64,000 nucleotides of DNA from an uncultured Desulfobulbus sp. (GTDB taxonomy: Bacteria; Desulfobacterota; Desulfobulbia; Desulfobulbales; Desulfobulbaceae), in the NCBI GenBank assembly GCA_963664075.1, contig OY760916.1:4124710-4188709 (forward strand), given 5' to 3'. Both the position numbers and the translations under genes were made by a program. Shown in pieces: positions 1-8,968 of this stretch; within the stretch, counting starts at the first letter, position 1, and every line of letters starts with the position of its first letter. Below the pieces are notes generated by a model. It saw nothing but the letters and a program-made list of their open reading frames with translations. It searched no databases and was not told the origin of the DNA.

Positions 1-277
1 TGGCCGCCTCTACCCCAAGCTGTGCCAGCGTGCCGGCCACCGCCGCCATTGGGCCGAGTCCGGTCAGCTGGCTGGCAGCGGCCATACGGGTGGCCGCTTC
101 CGGTGCATTTTTCAAGAGGGCAACCGGCACCAGGCTGGTCTGAAACTCGGGGTGGCGCGCTATATAGCGCTCCAACTGCCTGCGGTGATCCACCACCGCC
201 CGGGTGACCAGATCAAACTCACGACAACAAACCCGCAGGTTACTCTCTTTCCAGGAAAAAGATCGATAGGTCCGCAT
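1..277 (-). CDS. UPF0280/COG2122 ApbE-superfamily protein (MA1715-like), runs off the window start
   Basis: Manual translation from ATG at 277: MRTYRSFSWKESNLRVCCREFDL...LTGLGPMAAVAGTLAQLGVEAA. GPMAAVAG is characteristic of this family. Not in the ORF track because its stop lies outside the window. Confidence 0.85.
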   Translation of the reverse strand, partial: MRTYRSFSWKESNLRVCCREFDLVTRAVVDHRRQLERYIARHPEFQTSLVPVALLKNAPEAATRMAAASQLTGLGPMAAVAGTLAQLGVEAA

Positions 278-302
278 TCAGGCCACCCCAATTCACTCAA
301 TA

Positions 303-713
303 CTAAAACTTTGAGGAACAGGCCCCAAAGGGACAGGCAGCAACACAGGCAAGACACTCGACACAGGCGCTGTCATTAAAGGCGATACGGCGTTGCTCCC
401 GGTCCGCCATGTAGAGCGCACCTGTGGGACAGTGGACCAGACAGGCTCCACACTGGCCGCATTGCTGCTCATCCCAGACCATGCCTGTGTTTCCGGCATG
501 GATGTCCACATCAAAGCCACCCAGATAGGCAAAGGCCTTATCCATATTTTCCTGGGTGCCAGTGAGTTCCAGGCTGAGGTAGCCAGCGGCTTCGTTCACC
601 ACCTTGGCCCGAAAAATATTGACCACCAGATCAAACTGTTTGATCAGTTCATAGACGATCGGTTTCTCGGTCTCACTCTGGGGGAAATAGAGGTACACTT
701 TTTTAGTGATCAT
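303..713 (-). CDS. NIL domain + 2x[4Fe-4S] ferredoxin (MA1822-like partner of DUF39)
   Basis: N-terminal NIL domain (LVVNIFRAKV...GYLSLELTG) and two CxxCxxCxxxCP motifs; 4-nt overlap with the DUF39 gene. Confidence 0.9.
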   Translation of the reverse strand: MITKKVYLYFPQSETEKPIVYELIKQFDLVVNIFRAKVVNEAAGYLSLELTGTQENMDKAFAYLGGFDVDIHAGNTGMVWDEQQCGQCGACLVHCPTGALYMADREQRRIAFNDSACVECLACVAACPFGACSSKF

Positions 714-1903
714 TTTGCCGCTCCTTTGATGTTCAGAGACTTCATCCCCTGATTCAATGGAAGCCGCTGAATATGTTCGGCAAGAAGAAAACGACCGGCT
801 TCGATTTCAGCCTTCAGTAAATTACATATCTTCAAGGCTTTGTTATAACTCGACATTGAGGTTACCGGCACCTTCTTGCCCATCAGCTCCACCTCTCCCG
901 AACGCAACTCTTCATAACTGTACCGGGCCAGCACCTTACCGGTTTTCTGGGGATAATCTGTAGAGTAGTCAATGACGCAGGCCTGAATATCCCGATCGCG
1001 TACTGCGGCACGCTGCAGAATCTGGGGGTTCAAAATAGGAATAGGAATACCCACGCCGACAGCCAGGGATACCCCATAGCCTTTAAAGCTTAATCCCCGA
1101 ACAAACTCGGGAAGCATCTCTTTCATATTGCCGCTCAAGGCAAGGGTCCCCGCACCTTCGACCGGCACACCGTTGTCCCCACGTTCCACCGCTGAACAGT
1201 GCTGGGTGCCCTCGGCATAGACCAGACCACGCGCACCCGCCAGCCAAACCGGCGTCCCCACACCAATGGTTTCATAGAGGGGGTCATTTAAGAGTGGCGA
1301 GAGTTGCCCGGCAGAACTGTAGGCTATATTGCGCATATTGGCCTTGAGGATACCCATATAGGTGTAGATGCGCTTATCAGAACAGTTCACCGCAACGTTA
1401 TAATTCTGGTAGCAGTTCCGCGGATTGACCATGATTGCCTGGTTCAGATCATTGATATCGAGCATGGTCCGGATTTCCCGGCGGGGATAGTCGTCTGTGC
1501 CATAGGAAAGCCCGCGAAACTCAACCTGGCGGCCTGCGACCAGATCTTCAATGACGTGCCCACCACCGTAGCGAAAGTCCCCGGGATGATCCATGTTGGC
1601 TGGATCATTCTGCCTGAGCTGAGTTGCCCCCAGGTAGGCATCAACTGCAGCAATACCGCTGTAGGCCATAACATCATTGAGCCAGGCCTCGGTGATACGC
1701 ATTTTGGGTGTACTGTGGCCAAAGTTGAGGAAGCAGCCCGATGAACACATGGGGCCAAAGGTGGCGGTGGTGACCACGTCCACCTCCTTGGCGGCGGCTT
1801 CCAGCCCTCGTTTATCCACGTAATCGATCACCTCTTCAGCGGTGAGGACCACCGCCTTCCCCGAGGCAATTTTCTCGTTAATTTCCGCATACGTTTTGGT
1901 CAT
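710..1903 (-). CDS. DUF39 homocysteine biosynthesis protein (L-aspartate semialdehyde sulfurtransferase, MA1821-like), no CBS domains
   Basis: MTKTYAEINEKIASGKAVVLTAEE and VDVVTTATFGPMCSSG signature; adjacent NIL-ferredoxin. Confidence 0.9.
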   Translation of the reverse strand: MTKTYAEINEKIASGKAVVLTAEEVIDYVDKRGLEAAAKEVDVVTTATFGPMCSSGCFLNFGHSTPKMRITEAWLNDVMAYSGIAAVDAYLGATQLRQNDPANMDHPGDFRYGGGHVIEDLVAGRQVEFRGLSYGTDDYPRREIRTMLDINDLNQAIMVNPRNCYQNYNVAVNCSDKRIYTYMGILKANMRNIAYSSAGQLSPLLNDPLYETIGVGTPVWLAGARGLVYAEGTQHCSAVERGDNGVPVEGAGTLALSGNMKEMLPEFVRGLSFKGYGVSLAVGVGIPIPILNPQILQRAAVRDRDIQACVIDYSTDYPQKTGKVLARYSYEELRSGEVELMGKKVPVTSMSSYNKALKICNLLKAEIEAGRFLLAEHIQRLPLNQGMKSLNIKGAAK

Positions 1904-2019
1904 ATTGCATTCTCACAGAGAAAGGTTCTTGGTTTCGTCGCAAAAGCCTTACTATAGACGATTGAAAAAAAACAGCAAGGTGTCAGCATAACTCATGGAA
2001 AAAAGGGGAAAAAAGATCC

Positions 2020-2082
2020 ATACATGAAATTTTCTTGTGCAAGATGCGTTGTTCAGAACCCATCCGCCGTCGCGGATTCAGG
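2020..2082 (+). repeat. Right-end fragment of the 218-bp MITE-like family
   Basis: 2041-2082 matches 22162-22203 at about 35/42 nt (ATGCRTTGTTCAG...CCGCCGTCRCGGATTCAGG). The upstream ATACATGAA is also shared with the full element. Confidence 0.7.
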
Positions 2083-2175
2083 AAAATAACTGTTATCCTC
2101 CTCCCTTATCTGGCAAAATCATCCAAGAAGACTTATCTTCCTAGGATCTGTCCCTCTGACCACAAGGAGAATTGT

Positions 2176-4854
2176 ATGAGCGCCCCCCAGGATTTCAGTC
2201 AGTTCAATCCCCAAGTCACTCTCGAGGCCGGCGGTACCCGCTACACCGTCTTTTCGGTCAAAGCCCTAGAAAGCCTCGGTTACGACTCCATTGATCGCCT
2301 CCCGTACAGCCTTCGCATTCTGCTGGAAAATCTCTTACGCCACTATCCTCAAGGGTTGGTAACGGACGCTGATATTGACAATCTCGCCAGCTGGCAACCA
2401 GAATCCATCAGCTCTGAGGCAGTGCCATTGATGCCCGCACGGGTCATCCTTCAAGATTTCACCGGCGTTCCCGCCCTGGTCGATCTAGCGGCCATGCGCT
2501 CTGCTCTTGCCCGCAGTGGTGGCGATCCAACCACGATGAATCCTTTTATTCCAGCGGATCTGGTCATTGATCACAGTGTCCAGGTGGACAAGTCTGCAAG
2601 TGCCGACTCTTTGGACGTCAATGTCGATATGGAGATGCAGCGCAATCGCGAGCGCTACACCATGCTCCATTGGGGGCAACAGGCGTTTCGAAACTTTCGT
2701 GTGGTCCCCCCGGGGACAGGTATTGTCCACCAGGTAAACCTGGAATACCTGGCCTCTGTCGTGGCCCAAAGGGAGGTCGATGGTGTGCCTGTACTCTTCC
2801 CGGACTCCGTCCTTGGAACAGATTCGCACACCACCATGGTGAACGGCCTGGGGGTTATGGGCTGGGGCGTGGGCGGTATTGAGGCAGAAGCCGTTCTTCT
2901 GGGACAGCCTTACTCGCTGCAGATCCCGGAAGTGGTTGGCGTTCGCCTCAGCGGTGCATTGCCAGCCGGAACCACTGCCACGGATCTGGTACTGACCATC
3001 ACCCGATTTTTACGGCAGAAGGGCGTGGTTGGCCGTTTTGTCGAATTCTTTGGCCCGGGCCTGGCTGCACTGAGCCTGCCTGATCGTGCCACCATCGCCA
3101 ACATGGCTCCTGAGTATGGCGCGACCATGGGCTTTTTCCCGGTGGATAATGAAACCCTGCGCTACCTGCGTGCCAGCGGTCGCCCTGAATCTCTGGTTAA
3201 TCTGGTCGAACAGTACAGTCGAGCCCAGTCCTTTTTCTTTGCCCCGGAAAATCCAGAGCCCAACTATTCGGTGGTCTATGACATTCTGCTGGATGAGGTG
3301 GTTCCCAGTCTGGCTGGCCCCAAACGTCCTCAAGATCTTCTCCCTCTCTCAGCGGTGCGTAAGGATTTTCAACGTCAGTTTGAGACTGAACTGGCAGCCT
3401 CAGCCGCCCCGAAAACCAAAGACATCGTTGGCCGCTTAACGAACGGATCTGTGGTTATTGCCGCTATTACCAGCTGTACCAATACATCAAACCCAGACGT
3501 CATGATTGGTGCGGGGCTGCTGGCGCGCAAAGCTCGCGAGCGTGGTCTCACGCCCAAGTCCTGGGTTAAAACCAGCCTTGCTCCCGGATCCCGGGTGGTG
3601 ACCCGTTATCTCGAGCAAAGTGAGCTCTTGCCTGATCTGGAAGCACTCGGTTTTCAGGTAGTTGGCTATGGATGCACCACCTGTATTGGTAACTCTGGTC
3701 CCCTTGACGAAAATATCGCCACACCTATTCGTGAACAAAACCTGGTGGCAGCAGCAGTCCTTTCAGGCAACCGCAACTTCGAGGCCCGAATTCACCCCAT
3801 GGTCCAGGCAAACTACCTGGGATCGCCTCCGCTGGTGGTGGCATATGCCCTGGCCGGAACCGTCCTGATTGATCTCGAAAAAGAACCACTGGGGACCGAC
3901 GATGACGGTCAGCCAGTTTTTCTTAAAGACATCTGGCCCAGTGCGGAGGAAATCCGTGAGGCAGTACGCCAGAGTATCAAGCCCGATCTCTTTACCGTGA
4001 GTTATGGTTCGGTCTTTGACGGCGATGCCCGCTGGAATGGACTTTCTGCGGGCTCTTCCAACCTCTACCCCTGGGACGGGGAATCCTCCTACATTCGCGA
4101 GCCTCCCTTCTTCCAGGATATGAGTGCCACCCCTGCGCCGGTAACCAACATCGAAGGCGCCCGGGTACTGGCCCTCTTTGGTGACTCCATCACCACGGAC
4201 CATATCAGCCCGGCCGGTGCCATTGGTCCGCAGACACCAGCGGGGCTTTACCTCCAGAGCCTTGGTATTCAACCAACTGACTTTAACAGCTACGGCTCAC
4301 GCCGTGGCAACCACGAAGTCATGATGCGGGGCACCTTTGCCAATATTCGCATTAAAAACCGCATGGTAGACAAAGAGGGAGGACTCACTAAAGCCTGGCC
4401 TGAAGGAGTAGAAATGCCCATCTATGATGCGGCCATGCATTACCAGGAGGCGGGCACACCACTGGTAGTCTTTGCCGGCAAGGATTACGGCACAGGTTCC
4501 TCTCGTGACTGGGCAGCCAAGGGAACCATGCTGCTTGGAGTCAAGGCAGTGATTGCAGCCTCCTTTGAACGTATCCACCGCTCAAACCTGGTCGGTATGG
4601 GGGTTCTGCCGCTTCAATTTAGCGAAGGTGTCGATGCCCAGAGTTTGGGGCTTGAGGGCAGCGAAACCATCACCATCACCGGAATCGATGGCGAGCTGCA
4701 GCCTGGCCAAAAGGTGAATGTACGCATTGATCGGGCCGACGGTCGCACGGAAACTGCCGAGGTTGTGCTCCGCCTGGATAACGCCATGGAGATCGACTAC
4801 TACCGTCAGGGAGGTATTCTCCACAAGGTGCTGCGGCAACGGATTAACGGCTGA
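2176..4854 (+). CDS. acnA: Aconitate hydratase A
   Basis: LQDFTGVPA, DSHTTM, AAITSCTNTSNP, GYGCTTCIGNSG, YGTGSSRDWAAKG. The likely start is ATG 2176 after AAGGAG; the ORF track start at 2035 is probably too long. Confidence 0.97.
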   Translation: MSAPQDFSQFNPQVTLEAGGTRYTVFSVKALESLGYDSIDRLPYSLRILLENLLRHYPQGLVTDADIDNLASWQPESISSEAVPLMPARVILQDFTGVPALVDLAAMRSALARSGGDPTTMNPFIPADLVIDHSVQVDKSASADSLDVNVDMEMQRNRERYTMLHWGQQAFRNFRVVPPGTGIVHQVNLEYLASVVAQREVDGVPVLFPDSVLGTDSHTTMVNGLGVMGWGVGGIEAEAVLLGQPYSLQIPEVVGVRLSGALPAGTTATDLVLTITRFLRQKGVVGRFVEFFGPGLAALSLPDRATIANMAPEYGATMGFFPVDNETLRYLRASGRPESLVNLVEQYSRAQSFFFAPENPEPNYSVVYDILLDEVVPSLAGPKRPQDLLPLSAVRKDFQRQFETELAASAAPKTKDIVGRLTNGSVVIAAITSCTNTSNPDVMIGAGLLARKARERGLTPKSWVKTSLAPGSRVVTRYLEQSELLPDLEALGFQVVGYGCTTCIGNSGPLDENIATPIREQNLVAAAVLSGNRNFEARIHPMVQANYLGSPPLVVAYALAGTVLIDLEKEPLGTDDDGQPVFLKDIWPSAEEIREAVRQSIKPDLFTVSYGSVFDGDARWNGLSAGSSNLYPWDGESSYIREPPFFQDMSATPAPVTNIEGARVLALFGDSITTDHISPAGAIGPQTPAGLYLQSLGIQPTDFNSYGSRRGNHEVMMRGTFANIRIKNRMVDKEGGLTKAWPEGVEMPIYDAAMHYQEAGTPLVVFAGKDYGTGSSRDWAAKGTMLLGVKAVIAASFERIHRSNLVGMGVLPLQFSEGVDAQSLGLEGSETITITGIDGELQPGQKVNVRIDRADGRTETAEVVLRLDNAMEIDYYRQGGILHKVLRQRING

Positions 4855-4866
4855 AACATCTTCTAA

Positions 4867-4907
4867 AACAAGTCAAGCCGGGCAAATGTCACCCGGCTTG
4901 ACTTGTT
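4867..4907. terminator. Bidirectional intrinsic terminator between acnA and the convergent M48 gene
   Basis: Perfect 16-bp inverted repeat AACAAGTCAAGCCGGG/CCCGGCTTGACTTGTT with a 9-nt loop. Confidence 0.8.
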
Positions 4908-4985
4908 ATGATGTATGGACGAGCAAAATGCAGGCATTGTACATCCACCAAAAAAGCTCCTCACTACCAATGAGTGTTCCCTAAT

Positions 4986-5810
4986 TTAGGACTTTTTCGC
5001 CAATGCTGGCGGCAAAGCACGAACCTGGCCTGCAGTATAGCCCTGTTTCCTGCTCAACTCCCCAAGCCGTTTTATCCGTTCCACCGCCTCGGGATGCGAG
5101 GCAAAATAGCTCGTAATCCCTCGTCCTCGCTCCTCATTCTGCATGGCGCTGAAAAATTCCGTCGCCCCGCCCACATGGCCATAACGACAGTTCAGCGCTG
5201 TCAAGGCCAGACTGTCCGCCCGGGATTCCCGTGATCTGGAGTAGCTTGCCGTCCCCAACCCCACGGCCGGCGTGGCTAATTTGGTCAAACCGGAATCCGA
5301 TCCTGTCAAAAAGGCCATCATGGCGGTCAAGACGATGCCGCGCCCCATGCCACTTAAATGATCGCGATGCTTGAAATGCGCCAGCTCATGGGCCAGCACA
5401 AAGGCGAGACCGTTTTCAGATTGAACCTTGTCGAGAATCCCGGAGAGAACGATAATCCGTCCTCCGGGCAAGGCCAGTGCATTCGCGGTATCTGCCTCCA
5501 CCAGATGGACCGTGACTGGATAGCCGACATCGATACAGCGACCAAGTTCGTACACCAACTGCTGAATATCAGCCTCTCCAGGGAGAGGTTTCCCCACAGA
5601 CTCTTTCACGGTAGGGGAGAGGGCCGTAAAAATCTGGGCCTCCATTTTGGGAGAAATCCACATCACTGCCCTGTCCACCAACCAACCGGAGATGACAAAG
5701 ACAGCTATACAGGTCAGTATCACCCCCGCTAGAAGGACTGCAAATTCCTGCAAGGGGCTGTTGTGACTGACGTTGTTATTCTTCTGAGGATAGGAAGGTT
5801 TGAACTCCAT
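4986..5810 (-). CDS. M48 family zinc metallopeptidase, membrane-anchored
   Basis: ANALALPGG, VLAHELAHF (HExxH), YSRSRESRAD, FASHP; N-terminal TM helix. Confidence 0.9.
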   Translation of the reverse strand: MEFKPSYPQKNNNVSHNSPLQEFAVLLAGVILTCIAVFVISGWLVDRAVMWISPKMEAQIFTALSPTVKESVGKPLPGEADIQQLVYELGRCIDVGYPVTVHLVEADTANALALPGGRIIVLSGILDKVQSENGLAFVLAHELAHFKHRDHLSGMGRGIVLTAMMAFLTGSDSGLTKLATPAVGLGTASYSRSRESRADSLALTALNCRYGHVGGATEFFSAMQNEERGRGITSYFASHPEAVERIKRLGELSRKQGYTAGQVRALPPALAKKS

Positions 5811-5816
5811 CTTTTT

Positions 5817-6281
5817 TTATTGAGGCGACGATTGAAAATAGATAGCAGTTCCGTAGGCCAAAACCTCCACACTCCCCAACTGCTTCTTGCCCCCCTTGGA
5901 AATAGAGGAGGTCTCCAGACGGAGATTGATTATCTGATCAGCCTGTGGGCAGGACTCCAGAAGACGGAGCATCGCCTCGCGTCGGGCACGGTCCACCAGG
6001 GTCTCGTAGGCCTGGACCCGCCCGCCAAAAATATTTCGCAGACCAGCCAAGATCTGTTTAAAGTAATCCACAGAGATAACCACGCTTCCCATGACCAATT
6101 CGCTTCGATCAACGGGGCGATCATCCCCCATAACAGTACGCGCTGCGGTGGTTGGACGGCCAAGTTGCTCCTGCTCCCGGCTGATGATCGAGTTGTAATG
6201 CCGTTTTTCAGCAATGCGCCCGACGAAAAAGCCGAGGCTGACGAGGACAAGTAAAAATCCAAGTTGTATGAGCGCTTCCAT
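5817..6281 (-). CDS. YbjQ/UPF0145-family protein with N-terminal TM helix
   Basis: LAGLRNIFGGRVQAYETLVDRARREA...EVLAYGTA. Confidence 0.88.
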   Translation of the reverse strand: MEALIQLGFLLVLVSLGFFVGRIAEKRHYNSIISREQEQLGRPTTAARTVMGDDRPVDRSELVMGSVVISVDYFKQILAGLRNIFGGRVQAYETLVDRARREAMLRLLESCPQADQIINLRLETSSISKGGKKQLGSVEVLAYGTAIYFQSSPQ

Positions 6282-6284
6282 GGG

Positions 6285-6599
6285 CTACTCCACGGTCACA
6301 GCTGTACCGTAGACATACAGCTCCGAGGCCCCCGCAGCGACGGAGCTGGTGGAAAAACGTACATTGACCACTGCGTTGGCCCCCATCTGGGTTGCCTGGG
6401 CTTTCATGCGGGCAATGGATTCGTCCCGGGACTCCTGAAGCAATTCTGTGTACCCTTTGAGTTCACCCCCAACGATATTTTTCAGGCTGGCCATGAAATC
6501 CCGGCCCACATGTTTGGCCCGGACGGTACTGCCGGAGACAATCCCGTGAAAGGCGACGATAGTTTTGCCAGGAATTCCTTCTGTGTTGGACAGCAACAT
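6285..6599 (-). CDS. YbjQ/UPF0145-family protein
   Basis: RDFMASLKNIVGGELKGYTELLQESR...ELYVYGTAV. Confidence 0.92.
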   Translation of the reverse strand: MLLSNTEGIPGKTIVAFHGIVSGSTVRAKHVGRDFMASLKNIVGGELKGYTELLQESRDESIARMKAQATQMGANAVVNVRFSTSSVAAGASELYVYGTAVTVE

Positions 6600-6705
6600 A
6601 GTTCTTCTCCTTCAAGTAAGGCGTGAATAGAAAATTATTTGCTCTTCTGTTATATGCCTACCATAGTCAGTCTCCAAAGAAATTTTACTGTCCTCCAGGA
6701 AGCGT

Positions 6706-8220
6706 ATGTCGACCATCATTCTCACAACAATTAATGCCCGCTATATTCATGCAAGCCTTGGTCTACGCTGGCTCTATGGCAACCTGGGCGAGTTACAGCA
6801 GGAAGCGGCCATTCAGGAGTATACGCTTACGGATCAGATCACCGATATGGCCGAAAAAATATTGGCTTCCCGACCACGGGTGATTGGTCTTGCGGTCTAT
6901 ATCTGGAATGCGGAACAGTTACGAAAGCTCGTCAGTGTACTCAAACGGGTTGCCCCGGAGACGGTTGTGGTTCTGGGAGGCCCCGAGGTCAGTCATCTGC
7001 CCCTGCGCGTGGATATGCGTGAGGCGGATTACCTTATCCAGGGAGAAGGTGAGTTTGCCTTTGCAGCACTCTGCCGCCAGGTGCTTGCGGATCAGCCTCC
7101 CCGAGAGCGCATAATCAAGGCCGAACCGGTTGCGGTGGAAACGCTCAAGTCTGCCTACCCCTTTTTTACTGAACAGGATCTGGCGCACCGGCTGATCTAT
7201 GTCGAGGCCTCGCGCGGTTGCCCCTTTCGCTGCGAATTCTGCCTCTCCTCCATTGATCCGCGAGTCCGTCCCTTTCCCCTCGACTGGTTTTTGAACGAGA
7301 TCGAGTCACTTTGGCAGCGGGGCGCGCGCACCTTTAAGTTTGTGGACCGAACCTTTAACGCCAATCCTGCCACCGCCGAGCGAATCCTTGATTATTTCCT
7401 GACAAAGGAGCCTCCCTATCATGTTCACTTCGAGGTCATTCCCGATCATTTTCCGGAAACGGTCAAAGAACGGTTAACCAGATTTCCTGAAGGTGCCCTT
7501 CAGCTTGAGGTGGGCATTCAGACCCTGGATCCTCAGATTGCCGATAATATTTCAAGACGCCTCAACTTTGAACGTATTCAGGAAAATCTCGCCTTTCTTG
7601 AGCAGGAGACCACAGCCCATCTTCACGTGGATCTGATTGTTGGTCTTCCCGGGGAGTCCATTGAAGGATTTGGTCGTAACCTCAACACCCTGATGTCACT
7701 TGCCCATGGAGAGATCCAGATCGGTATTCTCAAGAAACTCTCCGGCACCGCCATCAACCGCCACGACCAGATTTTCGGCATGGTCTATTCACCTGATCCT
7801 CCCTACGAAATATTACAAAACGATCTCATTAATTTTCAACAGATGCAGGAGATGAAGCGACTGGCAAGGTTCTGGGACCTGGTCTACAACAGCGGCAACT
7901 TCCGTCACACAGCACCGCTGATCTGGAAGGATGGGGATGTATTTAACGGCTTTTTCGACTTCAGCCGCTGGCTTTATAGCCAGACCCTGGCCACCTGGCA
8001 GATCGGCCTGCCTCGGTTGAGTGAACTGCTCTTTACCTATCTCACCCAAGAACAGGGGATGGAAAAAAGTGCGGTTGCCGACAGTCTGGCCGCAGATATT
8101 CTGGTGATTAAAGGGAGGGTACTCCCTAAAACCGTACAGCAATACGTGACCCAGATGCCCGAAACCCGACGCAGCCTGGGAGATTCACTGATGAAACGTC
8201 AAAAACGGCATACAAGCTGA
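6706..8220 (+). CDS. Cobalamin-binding radical SAM protein (C-terminal DUF4080-like domain)
   Basis: N-terminal B12-binding region (VVVLGGPEVS), EASRGCPFRCEFC (CxxxCxxC), DLIVGLPGE. Confidence 0.9.
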   Translation: MSTIILTTINARYIHASLGLRWLYGNLGELQQEAAIQEYTLTDQITDMAEKILASRPRVIGLAVYIWNAEQLRKLVSVLKRVAPETVVVLGGPEVSHLPLRVDMREADYLIQGEGEFAFAALCRQVLADQPPRERIIKAEPVAVETLKSAYPFFTEQDLAHRLIYVEASRGCPFRCEFCLSSIDPRVRPFPLDWFLNEIESLWQRGARTFKFVDRTFNANPATAERILDYFLTKEPPYHVHFEVIPDHFPETVKERLTRFPEGALQLEVGIQTLDPQIADNISRRLNFERIQENLAFLEQETTAHLHVDLIVGLPGESIEGFGRNLNTLMSLAHGEIQIGILKKLSGTAINRHDQIFGMVYSPDPPYEILQNDLINFQQMQEMKRLARFWDLVYNSGNFRHTAPLIWKDGDVFNGFFDFSRWLYSQTLATWQIGLPRLSELLFTYLTQEQGMEKSAVADSLAADILVIKGRVLPKTVQQYVTQMPETRRSLGDSLMKRQKRHTS

Positions 8221-8232
8221 AACCACGATACG

Positions 8233-8310
8233 CAGCCTGGTGCCTACGCTCCGCGTGGGTACCTCACCAGCACGCTCTGCGTGGCCCTGTCACCACTCCC
8301 GGCAGACCTC
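8233..8310. repeat. Direct-repeat copy 1: two REP hairpins plus the 3' end of the RAYT gene
   Basis: 70/78 nt identical, ungapped, to 8891-8968; contains TACGCTCCGCGTG and CACGCTCTGCGTG hairpins. Confidence 0.9.
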
Positions 8311-8823
8311 CACCAGCCCCGGCAACCCGGCGTAATTACGTGCACTCGAATAGCGCCAATGCAGGGGATCGTCTACATAGCCCCGCCTGACCGGATTGTT
8401 GTGGATGTACTCCACCTTCTGCCGCATCATCGCCTCGCCCTGGATCTGTTGCGGGTGGGCCCCCTCCTGCCAAAGCTGATACTGGCGATCCGTCTTAAAG
8501 CCCGCCTTACGCAGGGCCAACTGCTGCAAGATCCACTCAGCCTTGCTTTCCCTGAGCCGATCAATCATTTTCCTGGCTGTGAAGGACTTGAAGTCGCCGA
8601 TCTCCTTGCCCAGATTTTCGGCAGCACCGACCAGGTGCAGATGATTTTCCATAATCACATAGGCATACAGGGTCAACCGCCCATGGTTTTGCAGAAAGCG
8701 CCAGGAATCCAGGAGGATCTCCACCAGGGCCGGGTTACTGAACAGGGGGAGCCAGTTGACCACGGTACAGGTGAGGAAATGGGGGGCTCGGGCGTCAGAG
8801 ATGGTGTAGCGGCTTCTGGCCAT
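8290..8823 (-). mobile_element. REP-associated tyrosine transposase (RAYT/TnpA-REP, Y1 HUH family)
   Basis: HFLTCTVVNW, YVIMENHLHLV (HUH), KVEYIHNNPV (catalytic Tyr); flanked by ACGCTC[CT]GCGT palindromes. Confidence 0.92.
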
Positions 8824-8833
8824 GGGTTCCTCT

Positions 8834-8846
8834 GACGCGGAGCGTC
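8834..8846. repeat. REP-like palindrome just upstream of the RAYT start
   Basis: GACGCGGAGCGTC, the same core as the flanking hairpins in the opposite orientation. Confidence 0.75.
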
Positions 8847-8890
8847 TAGTTTATGTTCCCAACGAGACAAAAAAACTGAGGAGCAAATTC

Positions 8891-8968
8891 CAGCCTGGTA
8901 CCTACGCTCCGCGTGGGGACCTCACCTCCATGCTCTGCGTGGACCTGTCACCACACCCGACAGACCTC
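8891..8968. repeat. Direct-repeat copy 2: two REP hairpins plus a relic RAYT 3' end
   Basis: 70/78 nt identical to 8233-8310. The minus strand reads VEVCRVW-stop, against VEVCREW-stop in the RAYT. Confidence 0.9.

Noticed and set aside
1904-2175. SAM (S-box) riboswitch upstream of the homocysteine genes
   Set aside because: No S-box conserved core was found on the minus strand.
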